From Myxococcota bacterium (GTDB lineage: Bacteria; Myxococcota_A; UBA9160; JAFDDA01), in NCBI GenBank assembly GCA_965228475.1, contig OZ245817.1:1024001-1088000 (forward strand): 64,000 nt of DNA, in the 5' to 3' direction. Under the pieces are notes generated by a model. That model made no database searches. It was not told where the DNA came from and was given only the letters and a program-made list of their open reading frames with translations. Positions 11,090 through 20,652 of the stretch are shown here, in pieces (the first letter of the stretch is position 1; each line of letters opens with the position of its first letter). The position numbers and the translations under genes were made by a program.

Positions 11090-12222
11090 TGCGTCGCTAC
11101 AAGGTCGCCCGACGCGGAACCGCCGTTGACTTCATTCATCGCGCGATTGAGAAGGGGGGCGGGAAGATCCTCTCGCCCGCCGACCCCCGAAGCGCGCCGT
11201 TCGAAGTCCGGATACGCACGCCAGCCGGCGAGACATTGGATCTGGTCTGCTACGCGTTCACCGCGAACAAGTACCGACAGGCTGGCCGACCATCCGACGA
11301 GCATCGATTCCAGCTCAAGTATGGGAGTGACACGAAGGGCTACCACAAGTTGCACGTGCCCGAGACCACCTCCCAGGTGACTCTAATGTTCGGAGTCCAC
11401 CTAGAAGAGAAGCTTTTCATCGCCTGCGACCCTGAAATGCACCGGTGGACTCGTTTCTTTCGCTCCGTAGAGTTCAAGTCGAGTGATCTGGCTCTCGCGA
11501 AGCAGAAGGGCTGGCACGGCTGGGAGCGGGAGCGCTCGATTGCGCGACGCAGGCTCGTGATGCCACGGGAGTCGTTCCAGACCGAGATCTTGCTCGGATT
11601 TCGACCCGAGCACTTCCTGCGCTACGTCGCGTTTGAGCGAATCGCAACCGGGGAAGACCCTGGTGAGCGGCTCCTGCTCGCCGACAAGATGGGCTCCGAG
11701 CCAGTCCCGAAGAAGGGAGGGGCTCATCCACTCGAGACAGAACTAGGTCTCAGTGCGAACCAGATTCTAGACCTGATCGGTGGTGCATTTCGGCTCCACG
11801 CTGCGGTGCGGGGGAGCGCAGCAGAGCATCATCTGGGCGAACACCTTCGTTCTCTATCTGCGTTCAAGAAAGTGGAGCCGCTTGACAAGGACGGACAACC
11901 CGATTTTTCGGTCGAAACCAACTCGGGGGAGTCCGTCCTAGTCGAGTGCAAGAATGTCCTGCGCAAGACGACGAAGGGGGCAGTGCCGGTTGTCGATTTC
12001 CAGAAAACGAGGGTCTCAAAGGGTGACGCCTGTACTCGCTACTACCGCCACGACCAGTTTCAGATTCTCGCCGCCTGCCTTCACCCGGTGAGCGAGAACT
12101 GGGATTTCCGTTTCTGTAGACTCGGAGACCTTGCACCCCACAAGAAGTGCAAAGGAAGAATCGCTCCGAGGGTTCTCGTCGAAGGCTCAGGCTGGACGCC
12201 CAGTATTCTGGATCTGATCTAG
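11089..12222 (+). CDS. Putative PD-(D/E)XK restriction endonuclease with an extra N-terminal domain
   Basis: C-terminal AAEHHL...GQPDFSV...LVECKNV catalytic pattern; GGAGG RBS; next to a C5 MTase. Confidence 0.7.
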   Translation: MRRYKVARRGTAVDFIHRAIEKGGGKILSPADPRSAPFEVRIRTPAGETLDLVCYAFTANKYRQAGRPSDEHRFQLKYGSDTKGYHKLHVPETTSQVTLMFGVHLEEKLFIACDPEMHRWTRFFRSVEFKSSDLALAKQKGWHGWERERSIARRRLVMPRESFQTEILLGFRPEHFLRYVAFERIATGEDPGERLLLADKMGSEPVPKKGGAHPLETELGLSANQILDLIGGAFRLHAAVRGSAAEHHLGEHLRSLSAFKKVEPLDKDGQPDFSVETNSGESVLVECKNVLRKTTKGAVPVVDFQKTRVSKGDACTRYYRHDQFQILAACLHPVSENWDFRFCRLGDLAPHKKCKGRIAPRVLVEGSGWTPSILDLI

Positions 12223-12540
12223 GCTTGATCCGGGACTTGCGCCGCCCCCTCCCGAGCCCGCTCCTTGATCCTCACCATCTGCCAGGCGAACCCGCCCGGG
12301 AAGTACGTCAGCCACTCCATGTAGTCGCCGGTGCGGTCGACCGTTCGGAGGGCGGCGCAGTACTTGTCGCCGTCCTTGTTGTAGGAGATCGGGAGCTCGA
12401 AGAGGAACTTGAAGTCGTGACCGTGCTGGTAGGAGCGGGGGTTGTCAGCATCCACGCCGTGCGGCCGTTGCCGTCTAAGAATGGGTGGGTCCAGACGAGG
12501 CGGTGCTGGGTGAAGCCTCTCAGGCGACGGGGTGATCCAG
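12219..12540 (-). pseudogene. Fic family remnant (frameshifted, truncated)
   Basis: Minus strand encodes QHRLVWTHPFLDGNGRTA (motif at 12487-12461) in one frame and a Fic-like C-terminus (GHDFKFLF...GDYMEWLTYF) in another. Confidence 0.8.
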
Positions 12541-12571
12541 AAAACAGGTTGGCTTCTTCTGCGCATTCGAT

Positions 12572-14371
12572 CTAGAGGGACTCGTAGTAGCTCCTCAGCT
12601 TCTGAGCCATGAGCACGCGACGTTTGGCGAGGAAGTCCTGGTATCCGGAGACAGTCAGGTCGCTGACGTCCGTCGGGATGCAGTGCATAGAGAAGTTTCG
12701 AGCCAGTTCCTCGGCATCGACGATCCCTCCGAGCGTGCGAGTCCCGCCCCGGACCTGCGCCCGGACGGTCTCGAAATACTCTGCGGGCGGTGTGTTCCCG
12801 ATCCGGATATTGATCTCCTGCTGCATGTAGACCAGGTTGGCGATCTGGTTGTACTGGCCCCGTTTGAGGCCCTTCTTCTTGAGGTAGTCCCGCGGGAATA
12901 GGTGGTGGACGTCCCCCCGATGCTCCAGCAGATCCTGTACCGTGATGTCACGGGAGAGAAAGCCCTTGTCAGCTGCCTTGACCTGCGATGCCCAGTAGAG
13001 GCCCATGAAGCGGCTGGTCATGACGCCCGTGTCGAGTTCTTGGACCAGCCCCACGGTCCAGAACGCATCCGATAGATCGGCGGACTCAAGGCTCTCAAGG
13101 TACTCGTGAAAGGCTCGATTCTCGATCTGCCGAACGTCATAGTCGAACTGGGTCTCTGACGATCCCGAGTAGCGCCCCGTCAACAAACTCATCGCGATCC
13201 AGCGCCGAACGAAAGACTCGATCTGATGAGGTTGGTAGTCTTTTCTCTCAGACAGCATCAGGTAGAGGATGTACGCGAAGTTCAGGACGTTCTGCGATCG
13301 AATCAGTCCGGTACGAATGAAACCGCCAGATCGAACGATCATGAGGAAGCGCTTGAAGCGCGTTTCGTTCATCGCCCCCTGAACGCCACCGGTCAGTTTC
13401 GCGAAGCTCGCTCCCGCGATCTCGTCGACGTACTGCCGCGTCTCGAAGTTTCGCCCTGAAAGGAGGGCGACCAGATCGGAAAGCTTTCCTCGGCCGAACT
13501 TTGACGTGAACGCCACGCGCAGGAGGTCGCTGTAGTCCGGATCGTAGAGATCGTCCTTCTCGTTCTTCAGCCATGCGAGCCGTGGGTACCAGGCGGACCT
13601 CGCAAAGTCGGCATCGTTCTCGACGATCGCATCGTGTGCTTCCGGTGCGACGGCAAGGTGGCAGAAGTAGTCGATCGCCTTCCGGAGTTCGGCCCCGCCA
13701 TACTTCTGGTCGGCTGCAATCTTTGACATGGCGAAGTCGGCCTGGCTAAGCACCACGCCCTTGGAGTTGATTCGAATGAAGATCTCGGTGACGGTCTCGA
13801 TGTCGAGGTCGCCATCGAGTTGGATGAGCCCGATCTGGCGATTGCTGAGATCGACGAGCTGCTGAAAGCTCGATTGAACGACGCGACGGTCAGCCTCGAC
13901 GTTCTGCTCGCAGAACGCATCGACTGCATCGAAGAGATTGACCTGCCGGTCCACGAACCCAGCAATGTCTTGAATCCACGCCTTGTCCTTCAAGATGGCC
14001 GGGTTCGAAACCTCGAAACGTTGAGTCAGCGGTTCAAAGGCGATCTTGATCCGAACGCGGCGGTAGTCTCGGTTGACGACCTGCTCACCTAGCAACGCTG
14101 CGGTCAGTGCCGTCACGCGCTGCTGGCCGTCGATAAGAATCTTGCGCCCGCCTGAAGAGCTACCGTCCTTGAGCCTGACATCGGGGTTCTGCCAGGCGAT
14201 CAGATAGCCCACCGGATAACCGTGATAGAGGGAGTCCATGAGGTCTCTAACCTTGCTGGAGTCCCAGACGAACGGTCGCTGGATCTCCGGAATCGCGATC
14301 TCGCCCGCCTTGACCCAAGCGAGGATCGTGCTGACCAAGTGCTGGTTGACCTCGTACTTTTGACTCTTCAT
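12572..14371 (-). CDS. GmrSD-like DUF262 protein with C-terminal HNH-like domain
   Basis: IPEIQRPFVW and LIDGQQRVT (DUF262 motifs); DVHHLFP...NQIANLV...N C-terminal motif; ATG 14371 with GAGG upstream. Confidence 0.88.
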   Translation of the reverse strand: MKSQKYEVNQHLVSTILAWVKAGEIAIPEIQRPFVWDSSKVRDLMDSLYHGYPVGYLIAWQNPDVRLKDGSSSGGRKILIDGQQRVTALTAALLGEQVVNRDYRRVRIKIAFEPLTQRFEVSNPAILKDKAWIQDIAGFVDRQVNLFDAVDAFCEQNVEADRRVVQSSFQQLVDLSNRQIGLIQLDGDLDIETVTEIFIRINSKGVVLSQADFAMSKIAADQKYGGAELRKAIDYFCHLAVAPEAHDAIVENDADFARSAWYPRLAWLKNEKDDLYDPDYSDLLRVAFTSKFGRGKLSDLVALLSGRNFETRQYVDEIAGASFAKLTGGVQGAMNETRFKRFLMIVRSGGFIRTGLIRSQNVLNFAYILYLMLSERKDYQPHQIESFVRRWIAMSLLTGRYSGSSETQFDYDVRQIENRAFHEYLESLESADLSDAFWTVGLVQELDTGVMTSRFMGLYWASQVKAADKGFLSRDITVQDLLEHRGDVHHLFPRDYLKKKGLKRGQYNQIANLVYMQQEINIRIGNTPPAEYFETVRAQVRGGTRTLGGIVDAEELARNFSMHCIPTDVSDLTVSGYQDFLAKRRVLMAQKLRSYYESL

Positions 14372-14430
14372 TAGGGCGGACCTCATCGACGGGGAATCAG
14401 GCGGGGTCTTCGCAGACGGAGTGCACGCTA

Positions 14431-15246
14431 TCAATTCGAAGGAAAGTACTTCTTCGAGAAGGACGCCAGATGTTCCTCGAGGAACTCGTCGCCCTTGGCC
14501 TGTTCGAGCAACCGCTGGTGGAGTGATTCGAGTCCGACCGGCGTCACGCACTGTCCCCAGTCGCTTTTCAGGCCATGATGGAATCCGTCGGCTTTTTCCG
14601 CGAGTTTTCGATTCGCTCGGGGGAATACCAGGAACAACCGATCGTTCCGATCGGCATGTAGATGCCAGAGGTTTCTCAATAGCTGGTAGCGTTTGAAGAA
14701 TTCCTCTTCCGTCTCGAGCCATCTGCTGGCAACGCGGCCCTCTAGCCGCGGGCGATACACGGCGTCGTACTTCTTGCGCCGCCTGTCATTTGGCTTGGCG
14801 GTCCCGAACTCGCTCTCGGTGAGCTTCAGCTCGAAGAATAGCTGGCTGCCCGATTCGAGCTGGAGCCAGAGGTCGAAGTTCGTGCCTTCCTCCGCGTCGG
14901 GCACACGCTCAAACTCCCAGCTTGAGATCGACTCTGCTGTGACGCCCAACGCCTTCAGCAGCACCGCGGCCGGCTCCGGTCCGGCGCCAAGGAATGGGAA
15001 GAACAGGTTGAAGCCCATCGCCTGGGACGAGTTCAGGTGGTGGAAGTCTCGGTGGAGCTTCGGTCGGCGGAACCAATCCCAGAAATCGTCGTGGATCGTC
15101 TCGAGGATGTTCTTGTCCTGCTCCAACTCCGGGAGGATATGGGGGTAGGGCTGCTTCTTCCGCCTCCACAGCCCGTCCTTGCGGACGCCCAGGTGGTCGC
15201 GCTTGTACTTGGCAAGGTGATCTCTCAGCGCCGCGCGATATCCCAT
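14431..15246 (-). CDS. Putative PD-(D/E)XK-like restriction endonuclease (PGN_0703-like)
   Basis: HLNSSQAMGFNLF, FE...GTNFD...FFELKLTESEFG and YQLLRN pattern; GAGGAGG RBS. Confidence 0.65.
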   Translation of the reverse strand: MGYRAALRDHLAKYKRDHLGVRKDGLWRRKKQPYPHILPELEQDKNILETIHDDFWDWFRRPKLHRDFHHLNSSQAMGFNLFFPFLGAGPEPAAVLLKALGVTAESISSWEFERVPDAEEGTNFDLWLQLESGSQLFFELKLTESEFGTAKPNDRRRKKYDAVYRPRLEGRVASRWLETEEEFFKRYQLLRNLWHLHADRNDRLFLVFPRANRKLAEKADGFHHGLKSDWGQCVTPVGLESLHQRLLEQAKGDEFLEEHLASFSKKYFPSN

Positions 15247-15501
15247 GGGCGTCGTCCTCCTCCCTCAGCATGGCAGACCCCGGGCTCTTGGTGGCCGTCG
15301 ATCGCTCGCTGCCACCGGCTGTCGCGTTTCACCTCATGCCGGCTCAAGATCAGAGGCGCGCTCCGGCCCGCGGCCAGGGTCCGTACTACGTGATTCCCTG
15401 GGCCGCAGAGTCCTGAGGCGTGGGCGGCTCGGAGGTGGCGCCAAGCGGAGCGGACTGGGCTCGGGAAGCAGATTGACAAGGAATCCGCGTTGGGGCGACG
15501 A

Positions 15502-16284
15502 CTAGCGTTCTCCTGGCGCGCCTTCCGCCGCTTCGAGTTCGCGCGCCTTCGAGAGCGCTGAGGCGACCAGTCCGGTGGGTACGGCGACCACGCCGAGCCC
15601 CACCATCAGTACCGTGAAGGTGAAGACGCGCCCGCCGGCCGTGACGGGGAAGATGTCGCCGTAGCCGACGGTCGTCAGGGTGGCGACGGCCCACCACAGA
15701 CTGTGGAAGACCGAGGCGAACTCCTCCGGCTGTGCCTCGCGCTCGAAGTAGTAGATGCCGACTGCCGAGAGATAGAGCACCACGAGCGCGAGGCACGCGA
15801 ACAAGATGAGCTCTTCCTTGGCGATCTGAGCCGCGAGGCGGAAGCGTCGGATGGCCCGGCTGTAACGCGCGAGCTTGAAAACCCGGAAGACCCGAAGCAG
15901 CCGGAAGGCACGGACGGACCGCAGGTCGATGCCCAGGGCCAGGTAGAAGGGCAGGATCGCGATCAGGTCCACGATCCCGAAGAAGCTGAAGATGAAAGAG
16001 GCCTTCCGGTCCGCGACGAGGATCCGAAGGACGTACTCGATGGTGAAGAGACCGACAACGACGGCCTCGAGCACACCGAGCGCGCGTCGCCACGAAGGAT
16101 CCAGGTTCGGGAGCGTCTCGATCGAGAAGGAAACCAGCGACAGCACGACCAGCGCCTGGACGGTCAGGTCGAAGGCCCGCCCCGCCCGCGTCTCTGTGGA
16201 CTCTACGATCTGCTTCAGGCTCAAACGGCCCCCCGCCCCGCTCTCAGATCGCGGGATTCTCTCCCGGTCCGATGTCGGGTTCAA
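15502..16284 (-). CDS. Voltage-gated-type potassium channel / ion transporter
   Basis: Six hydrophobic segments, S4-like RSVRAFRLLRVFRVFK, filter TTVGYGD; start uncertain. Confidence 0.9.
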   Translation of the reverse strand: MNPTSDRERIPRSESGAGGRLSLKQIVESTETRAGRAFDLTVQALVVLSLVSFSIETLPNLDPSWRRALGVLEAVVVGLFTIEYVLRILVADRKASFIFSFFGIVDLIAILPFYLALGIDLRSVRAFRLLRVFRVFKLARYSRAIRRFRLAAQIAKEELILFACLALVVLYLSAVGIYYFEREAQPEEFASVFHSLWWAVATLTTVGYGDIFPVTAGGRVFTFTVLMVGLGVVAVPTGLVASALSKARELEAAEGAPGER

Positions 16285-16396
16285 TCCTGGAGGGGCGTCG
16301 TCTCGGCGATGGATTGGGCCGTGCCGTCCACAGGCTTGCCCTGACCAGGGTCGCGAAGGAACCGGTGGATCCAGTTGCGATCGCGCTGAGGATATG

Positions 16397-16465
16397 TGGA
16401 GCCGACGAGCGGATTTGAACCGCTGACCTGCTGATTACGAATCAGTCGCTCTGGCTTTCGCCGGC
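16397..16465 (-). tRNA. Degenerate tRNA-Thr(CGT) copy lacking a D-arm; probable att site
   Basis: Minus strand GCCGGCG AAAGCCAGAGCG ACTGA TTCGTAA TCAGC AGGTC AGCGG TTCAAAT CCGCT CGTCGGC TCCA. Anticodon loop, T-arm and CCA are intact; no D-stem; 69 nt. Confidence 0.85.
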
Positions 16466-16560
16466 CTACCACCGACTACCCTCCGTCGCGATATCAGCAA
16501 CATATCCAATAGGTTGTTGATCGCTGCGTGAAGCCGGCGTACCCTGGGTTTCACCCCTTC

Positions 16561-16581
16561 GTGCTTGCCATGTGCTTGCCA
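16561..16581 (+). repeat. Tandem 10-bp direct repeat, probable integrase arm-type sites
   Basis: GTGCTTGCCA-T-GTGCTTGCCA between the tRNA remnant and the integrase start. Confidence 0.65.
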
Positions 16582-16596
16582 GCGGGAGCGCTCCGG

Positions 16597-17787
16597 GTGC
16601 CGAAGCTCACCAAGAGGACGGTCGATGCAGCGCCGATCAAGGAGCGCGACTACGTCCTCTGGGACGAGGCTCTTCCCCGATTCGGGCTCCGGGTCCGCTC
16701 GTCAGGAACCAAGACCTACGTCGTCCAGTACCGGGCCAAGGGCCGCACCCGCCACCTCACGGTTGGGCGCCATGGCGTGCTCACGCCCGACCAGGCCCGG
16801 CGCGCAGCCCTGAAGCTCCTAGCCGAGGTCGAGAGGGGAGGGGACCCCTCTCGGGAGCGGGCGGCGGCGCGACGGGCCTCCACGGTTGCGGAACTCTGCG
16901 AGCGGTACCTGGAGGAGCATGCACGGCCACGAAAGAAGCCCCGCAGCGTGAGCGAGGATGAGCGGCTGATCGAGAGCTTCATCCTCAAGGCGATCGGTCC
17001 TCGAAAGATCGGGGAGGTCGAGCGGGCTGACATCTACCGAATCCGCAAGAGACTCAGCGCGACTCCGTACCAGGCCAATCGGGTCCTCTCTCTGCTCTCG
17101 AAGATGTTCAACCTGGCCGAACGCTGGAGCCTGCGGCCCGATGGGACCAATCCGGTACGGCACGTCGAGCGGTTCCCCGAGCGGAAGCGGGACCGGTTCT
17201 TGAGCGAGGAAGAGATGGCGCGCCTTGGAACGGCGCTGGACCAACTTGGCCGCAAGGGCCGGGTGTCGGAGGCGGCGGCAGCGGCGATCCGCCTTCTGGT
17301 CTTTACGGGCTGCCGGGTTACTGAAATCTTGTCGCTCCGTTGGGAGGACGTGGACCTCGACCGTCGCTGTCTCCGGCTGACTGAGTCGAAGACGGGACCG
17401 AAGGTGTTTCCGCTCAACACCCCTGCTTTGGAGGTTCTGGCCAGTCTCGATTCGAGCACTGGTCCATGGGTGATCCCAGGCCGAAAGCCGGGCGCTCCTC
17501 TGGTCAATCTGGCCAAGCCATGGCAACGGCTCTGCGATCAGGCCGAGCTCGCGGACGTGCGTCTTCACGACCTACGACATTCCTTTGCCAGCGTTGGCGC
17601 GGGTTCGGGCCACACCCTTCTGGTCATCGGAACCTTGCTCGGTCACACTCAGGCGGCGACCACGCAACGATACGCTCACCTCTCGGACGATCCGGTCCGA
17701 GCAGCATCGGAGACGATCGGGAAGCGAATCGCAGCTGCCATGGCTGGCAAGGACGCAAAGCTCACTCCACTCGTTGCGCGTCGCTGA
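16597..17787 (+). CDS. int: Tyrosine recombinase/integrase with N-terminal arm-binding domain
   Basis: KLTKRTVDA...LWDEALPRFGLRV arm domain; catalytic TGCR, HDLRH, LLGH and TQRY. GTG 16597 chosen over track start 16528. Confidence 0.95.
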   Translation: MPKLTKRTVDAAPIKERDYVLWDEALPRFGLRVRSSGTKTYVVQYRAKGRTRHLTVGRHGVLTPDQARRAALKLLAEVERGGDPSRERAAARRASTVAELCERYLEEHARPRKKPRSVSEDERLIESFILKAIGPRKIGEVERADIYRIRKRLSATPYQANRVLSLLSKMFNLAERWSLRPDGTNPVRHVERFPERKRDRFLSEEEMARLGTALDQLGRKGRVSEAAAAAIRLLVFTGCRVTEILSLRWEDVDLDRRCLRLTESKTGPKVFPLNTPALEVLASLDSSTGPWVIPGRKPGAPLVNLAKPWQRLCDQAELADVRLHDLRHSFASVGAGSGHTLLVIGTLLGHTQAATTQRYAHLSDDPVRAASETIGKRIAAAMAGKDAKLTPLVARR

Positions 17788-18249
17788 CGTTGGCTAGAAG
17801 GTGTCCTCCAGCTCGATGCTCAGATCGCCACAGAAGGCCATCTTCGATCACGGGCGCAGTGGGCTGACTTCGAGTTGTCCAACCTTCTAGCGGCGACGGG
17901 ACTTGTGGAACGCCGGAGACTCTACTCCGGCCCTTCCTCGTCCTCGAAGTCGATCTCCTCGGTCGGAAAGAGCACGGTCAGCGCTCGGGGGTAGTCGGCG
18001 AGCCCGAGAGCGAAGACAGCCCCTCGTCCACAGGACGACGACGGGGGCCCTCGTTCCACCTGGCGACATGCCGGCGCTTTCGACGCAGATCTCTCTGAGC
18101 GGATCTGGAGCGAGCGCTCGACCCGATCTTTCGCTGATCCGTCCAGTCGGATCTTCCGATGGACACAGGGCGTGTGGGGGTCGTTCGCGACACCTGGGCG
18201 AATTGGTTCGAGGCTCCCGGCGCCATCGAGCTCGGGCTAGCCTCGCTCC

Positions 18250-19044
18250 ATGCGAGACCGGGCTTGGACCGGGAATCTGACGATGGGTTCTGGCTGGGCG
18301 CTTTTCATAGGAGCCCCGGGCCAGAACGAGCAGCACGAACACCAAGCTCTTCAGCTTTGCGTGTCGGGGGCAGGTCCCTTGCGCGCGACGCCGACCGAAG
18401 GCGCTCCCGTCGTTGGGCATGCAATCGCCATCGCGACGCGCACGTCGCACGCGATCGACGCGGACGGCGGGCCGCTCGCCTTGCTTTACCTCGAGCCGGA
18501 GGGTGAGCACGGCAGCGTGCTCTCCCGCGCACTCGACCCGGTCGGTCTGCTTTCCGCTCCGGAGAAGGCGACGCTCCCGGTTCGCCACGCCGTGGCCTCC
18601 GTGGAAATGAGCCTCTTGGGGCCGCAGGAAGCGTCCCGGCTTCGCGAAGCCATCGTCGCTCTCTGGCTCGACAGCCTGTCTGCCCCGGGTTCGGAGGCAA
18701 CCGCGACCGATCCTCGCGTCGCGGAAGCCAGGCGGATCGTTCGCAGCCGCCTTTCGGATGGCCGAATCTCGGCCGATGATGTGGCTCGAGCGGTCTCTCT
18801 CTCGCCGAGTCGGCTTGCTGCGTTGTTCCGAAAGGAAACCGGAGTTCCCCTGCGGGCGTTCGTCCTCTGGGCTCGGCTCCAGCAGGCCGTCGAGGCCGTG
18901 TCGGCTGGCCGGTCGTTGACCGAGGCGGCCCTCGAGGCGGGTTTCTCGGACTCCGCTCACCTCGCTCGGACCTTCCGTCGCATGTTCGGCACGACCCTCA
19001 CCCAGGGGGTCGGCCAGCTCCGGATCCAGGTGTCTGGCCTCTGA
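18250..19044 (+). CDS. AraC family transcriptional regulator
   Basis: C-terminal LSPSRLAALFRKETG...AALEAGFSDSAHLARTFRRMFG. Confidence 0.92.
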   Translation: MRDRAWTGNLTMGSGWALFIGAPGQNEQHEHQALQLCVSGAGPLRATPTEGAPVVGHAIAIATRTSHAIDADGGPLALLYLEPEGEHGSVLSRALDPVGLLSAPEKATLPVRHAVASVEMSLLGPQEASRLREAIVALWLDSLSAPGSEATATDPRVAEARRIVRSRLSDGRISADDVARAVSLSPSRLAALFRKETGVPLRAFVLWARLQQAVEAVSAGRSLTEAALEAGFSDSAHLARTFRRMFGTTLTQGVGQLRIQVSGL

Positions 19045-19146
19045 GGCACCTCGGCGCCAAGGCGCCATGGGACGCAATCGGTTCGTTCAAGCGGCAATCG
19101 TCCCCTCCCCGCATGCTGCGACGCGAGCTGCAAGGAGGACTCGTCC

Positions 19147-20004
19147 ATGGAGCGCCTGCATAGCCTGGTCCAGATCGGTTTCGTACCGGCCTTCGGCCTC
19201 GGGTTCGGTGGCCTCGCCATCGCCGGGGTTTCCGCCGGCTGGGGCTGGCTGTCTCTCGTCCTCGTCGTGCTGGCGGCCATCGCTGTCTCGTACGCGGCCG
19301 AACGGCTCCTCCCCTACCAAAGGACTTGGAACGAATCGCGAGGGGATTCCGGGCGCGACGTTCTCCATGCCATCGTCAACGAGGGCTCGGCGATCGCGTC
19401 GGTGGCCCTGCTCCCGGTGCTGGCAGTCGCCCTCGAGGGCGTTGCGCTCGCGCCCTGGCCCGCCGAGTGGCCCTTCGTGCTCCAGGTGATCGCCGCGATC
19501 GCTGTCTTCGACCTGGGGGTCACGCTCGCCCACTACGCCAGCCATCGCTTCGAGCTCCTCTGGCGGTTCCATGCGGTGCATCACAGCGTCGAGCGGATGT
19601 ATGGGCTCAACGGCCTGATGAAGCACCCGGTCCACCAGGCCATCGAGATGACCGTGGGGGTCGCACCGCTTCTGCTCTTCGGTCTGCCACCCGAGGTTGC
19701 CAGGGCCCTGGCGGTCTGCACGGCGCTTCAACTGCTGCTGCAACACTCGAACGTGGACTATCGGCTGGGGCCGCTGCGTCGCGTCCTGGCCCTGGCCGAA
19801 ATCCACCGCTTCCACCACCGCGGCGAGCCGGGCTTGGGGGACGTGAACTTCGGCCTCTTCACCACACTCGGCGATCGCCTCCTCGGCACGACGTACGACG
19901 ACCCGGCAGCTCCCCAGCTCGACTCGGGAGACCTCGGGATCCATGCGGAGCCCGACTACCCGGTGGCGTGGGCGGCTCAGATGGTCGAACCGTTCCGCGC
20001 TTGA
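19147..20004 (+). CDS. Sterol desaturase / fatty acid hydroxylase family protein
   Basis: His boxes HYASH, HAVHH, QH and HRFHH; membrane segments. Confidence 0.9.
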   Translation: MERLHSLVQIGFVPAFGLGFGGLAIAGVSAGWGWLSLVLVVLAAIAVSYAAERLLPYQRTWNESRGDSGRDVLHAIVNEGSAIASVALLPVLAVALEGVALAPWPAEWPFVLQVIAAIAVFDLGVTLAHYASHRFELLWRFHAVHHSVERMYGLNGLMKHPVHQAIEMTVGVAPLLLFGLPPEVARALAVCTALQLLLQHSNVDYRLGPLRRVLALAEIHRFHHRGEPGLGDVNFGLFTTLGDRLLGTTYDDPAAPQLDSGDLGIHAEPDYPVAWAAQMVEPFRA

Positions 20005-20202
20005 GGCCGAAGCGTTGCCGGCGACAAGGCTCTTGGAACGCCCTGATGAGTCCAGGGGCTTCGTCGTGGTCGATCAGTCGCGGGCGCACGTCTACTACAC
20101 GGGCATCACGACGGATCGTCCCTTGGTGAACGTGAATCACCTGCCTGTCTTCAGTGCAGTGCGGCGCTGGGTCGAGGCCATCCGCGAGGCTTGAGGTTGC
20201 TC

Positions 20203-20652
20203 TCATCCATCGTCCTGAGGGAGAAGACGTTCGACGCCGACGAGCTGCGCCCGGATCCGCACGATCTCGGCCCGAAACGCTTCGCTCTCGAGCTCGAGGT
20301 CGTCGAGGCCGGAGGCGATCTCGGCGACATCACGCATCGCCTTGTCGATCGCTTTGCTCTTCAGGGGCTTCGTGCGGGCGATCAGGTCCAGGATCTGGCG
20401 TCCGAGCCGCGCCGTTCGTTCCCGGGCCTCTTCGGTGCGTCCCTCGCCGAGTGCGCGCTCCATCCCGTTCAGATTGGTACGCACGGCGAGAATCGTGAAC
20501 TCGGGTGCGCCGGCCTTCTCGCTCGAACCGGAGGCCGAGCCTCGCTCGTTGATCTTCGTTCCGAAGTGGCGCTCCTTTCCGTGGGCGCTCGAGACCGTGG
20601 GGTGGCCTCCGGCGACGACGAGAATCGCCAGCAAACCGAACCAAAGGCGCAT
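20203..20652 (-). CDS. Secreted helical hypothetical protein
   Basis: TGATG coupling to the cusA stop; signal peptide MRLWFGLLAILVVAGG; amphipathic helices. Confidence 0.65.
   Translation of the reverse strand: MRLWFGLLAILVVAGGHPTVSSAHGKERHFGTKINERGSASGSSEKAGAPEFTILAVRTNLNGMERALGEGRTEEARERTARLGRQILDLIARTKPLKSKAIDKAMRDVAEIASGLDDLELESEAFRAEIVRIRAQLVGVERLLPQDDG

Larger units (their letters stand above)
6304..16396. mobile_element. Defence island (approximate limits)
   Basis: Cluster of MTase, nuclease, DUF262 and GHKL genes with visibly more A/T-ending codons than the flanks; bounded by a truncated gene and a tRNA remnant. Confidence 0.65.

Noticed and set aside
16397..16465. Functional tRNA-Thr gene
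   Set aside because: No D-stem and an A-C mismatch at the top of the anticodon stem; position beside an integrase fits an att remnant.
17790..18249. ORFs between the integrase and AraC
   Set aside because: Only low-complexity Arg/Pro/Ser translations with no RBS or family signal.
20005..20194. YYTGITTD, reminiscent of a GIY-YIG nuclease fragment
   Set aside because: Too short, with no credible start or remaining motifs.
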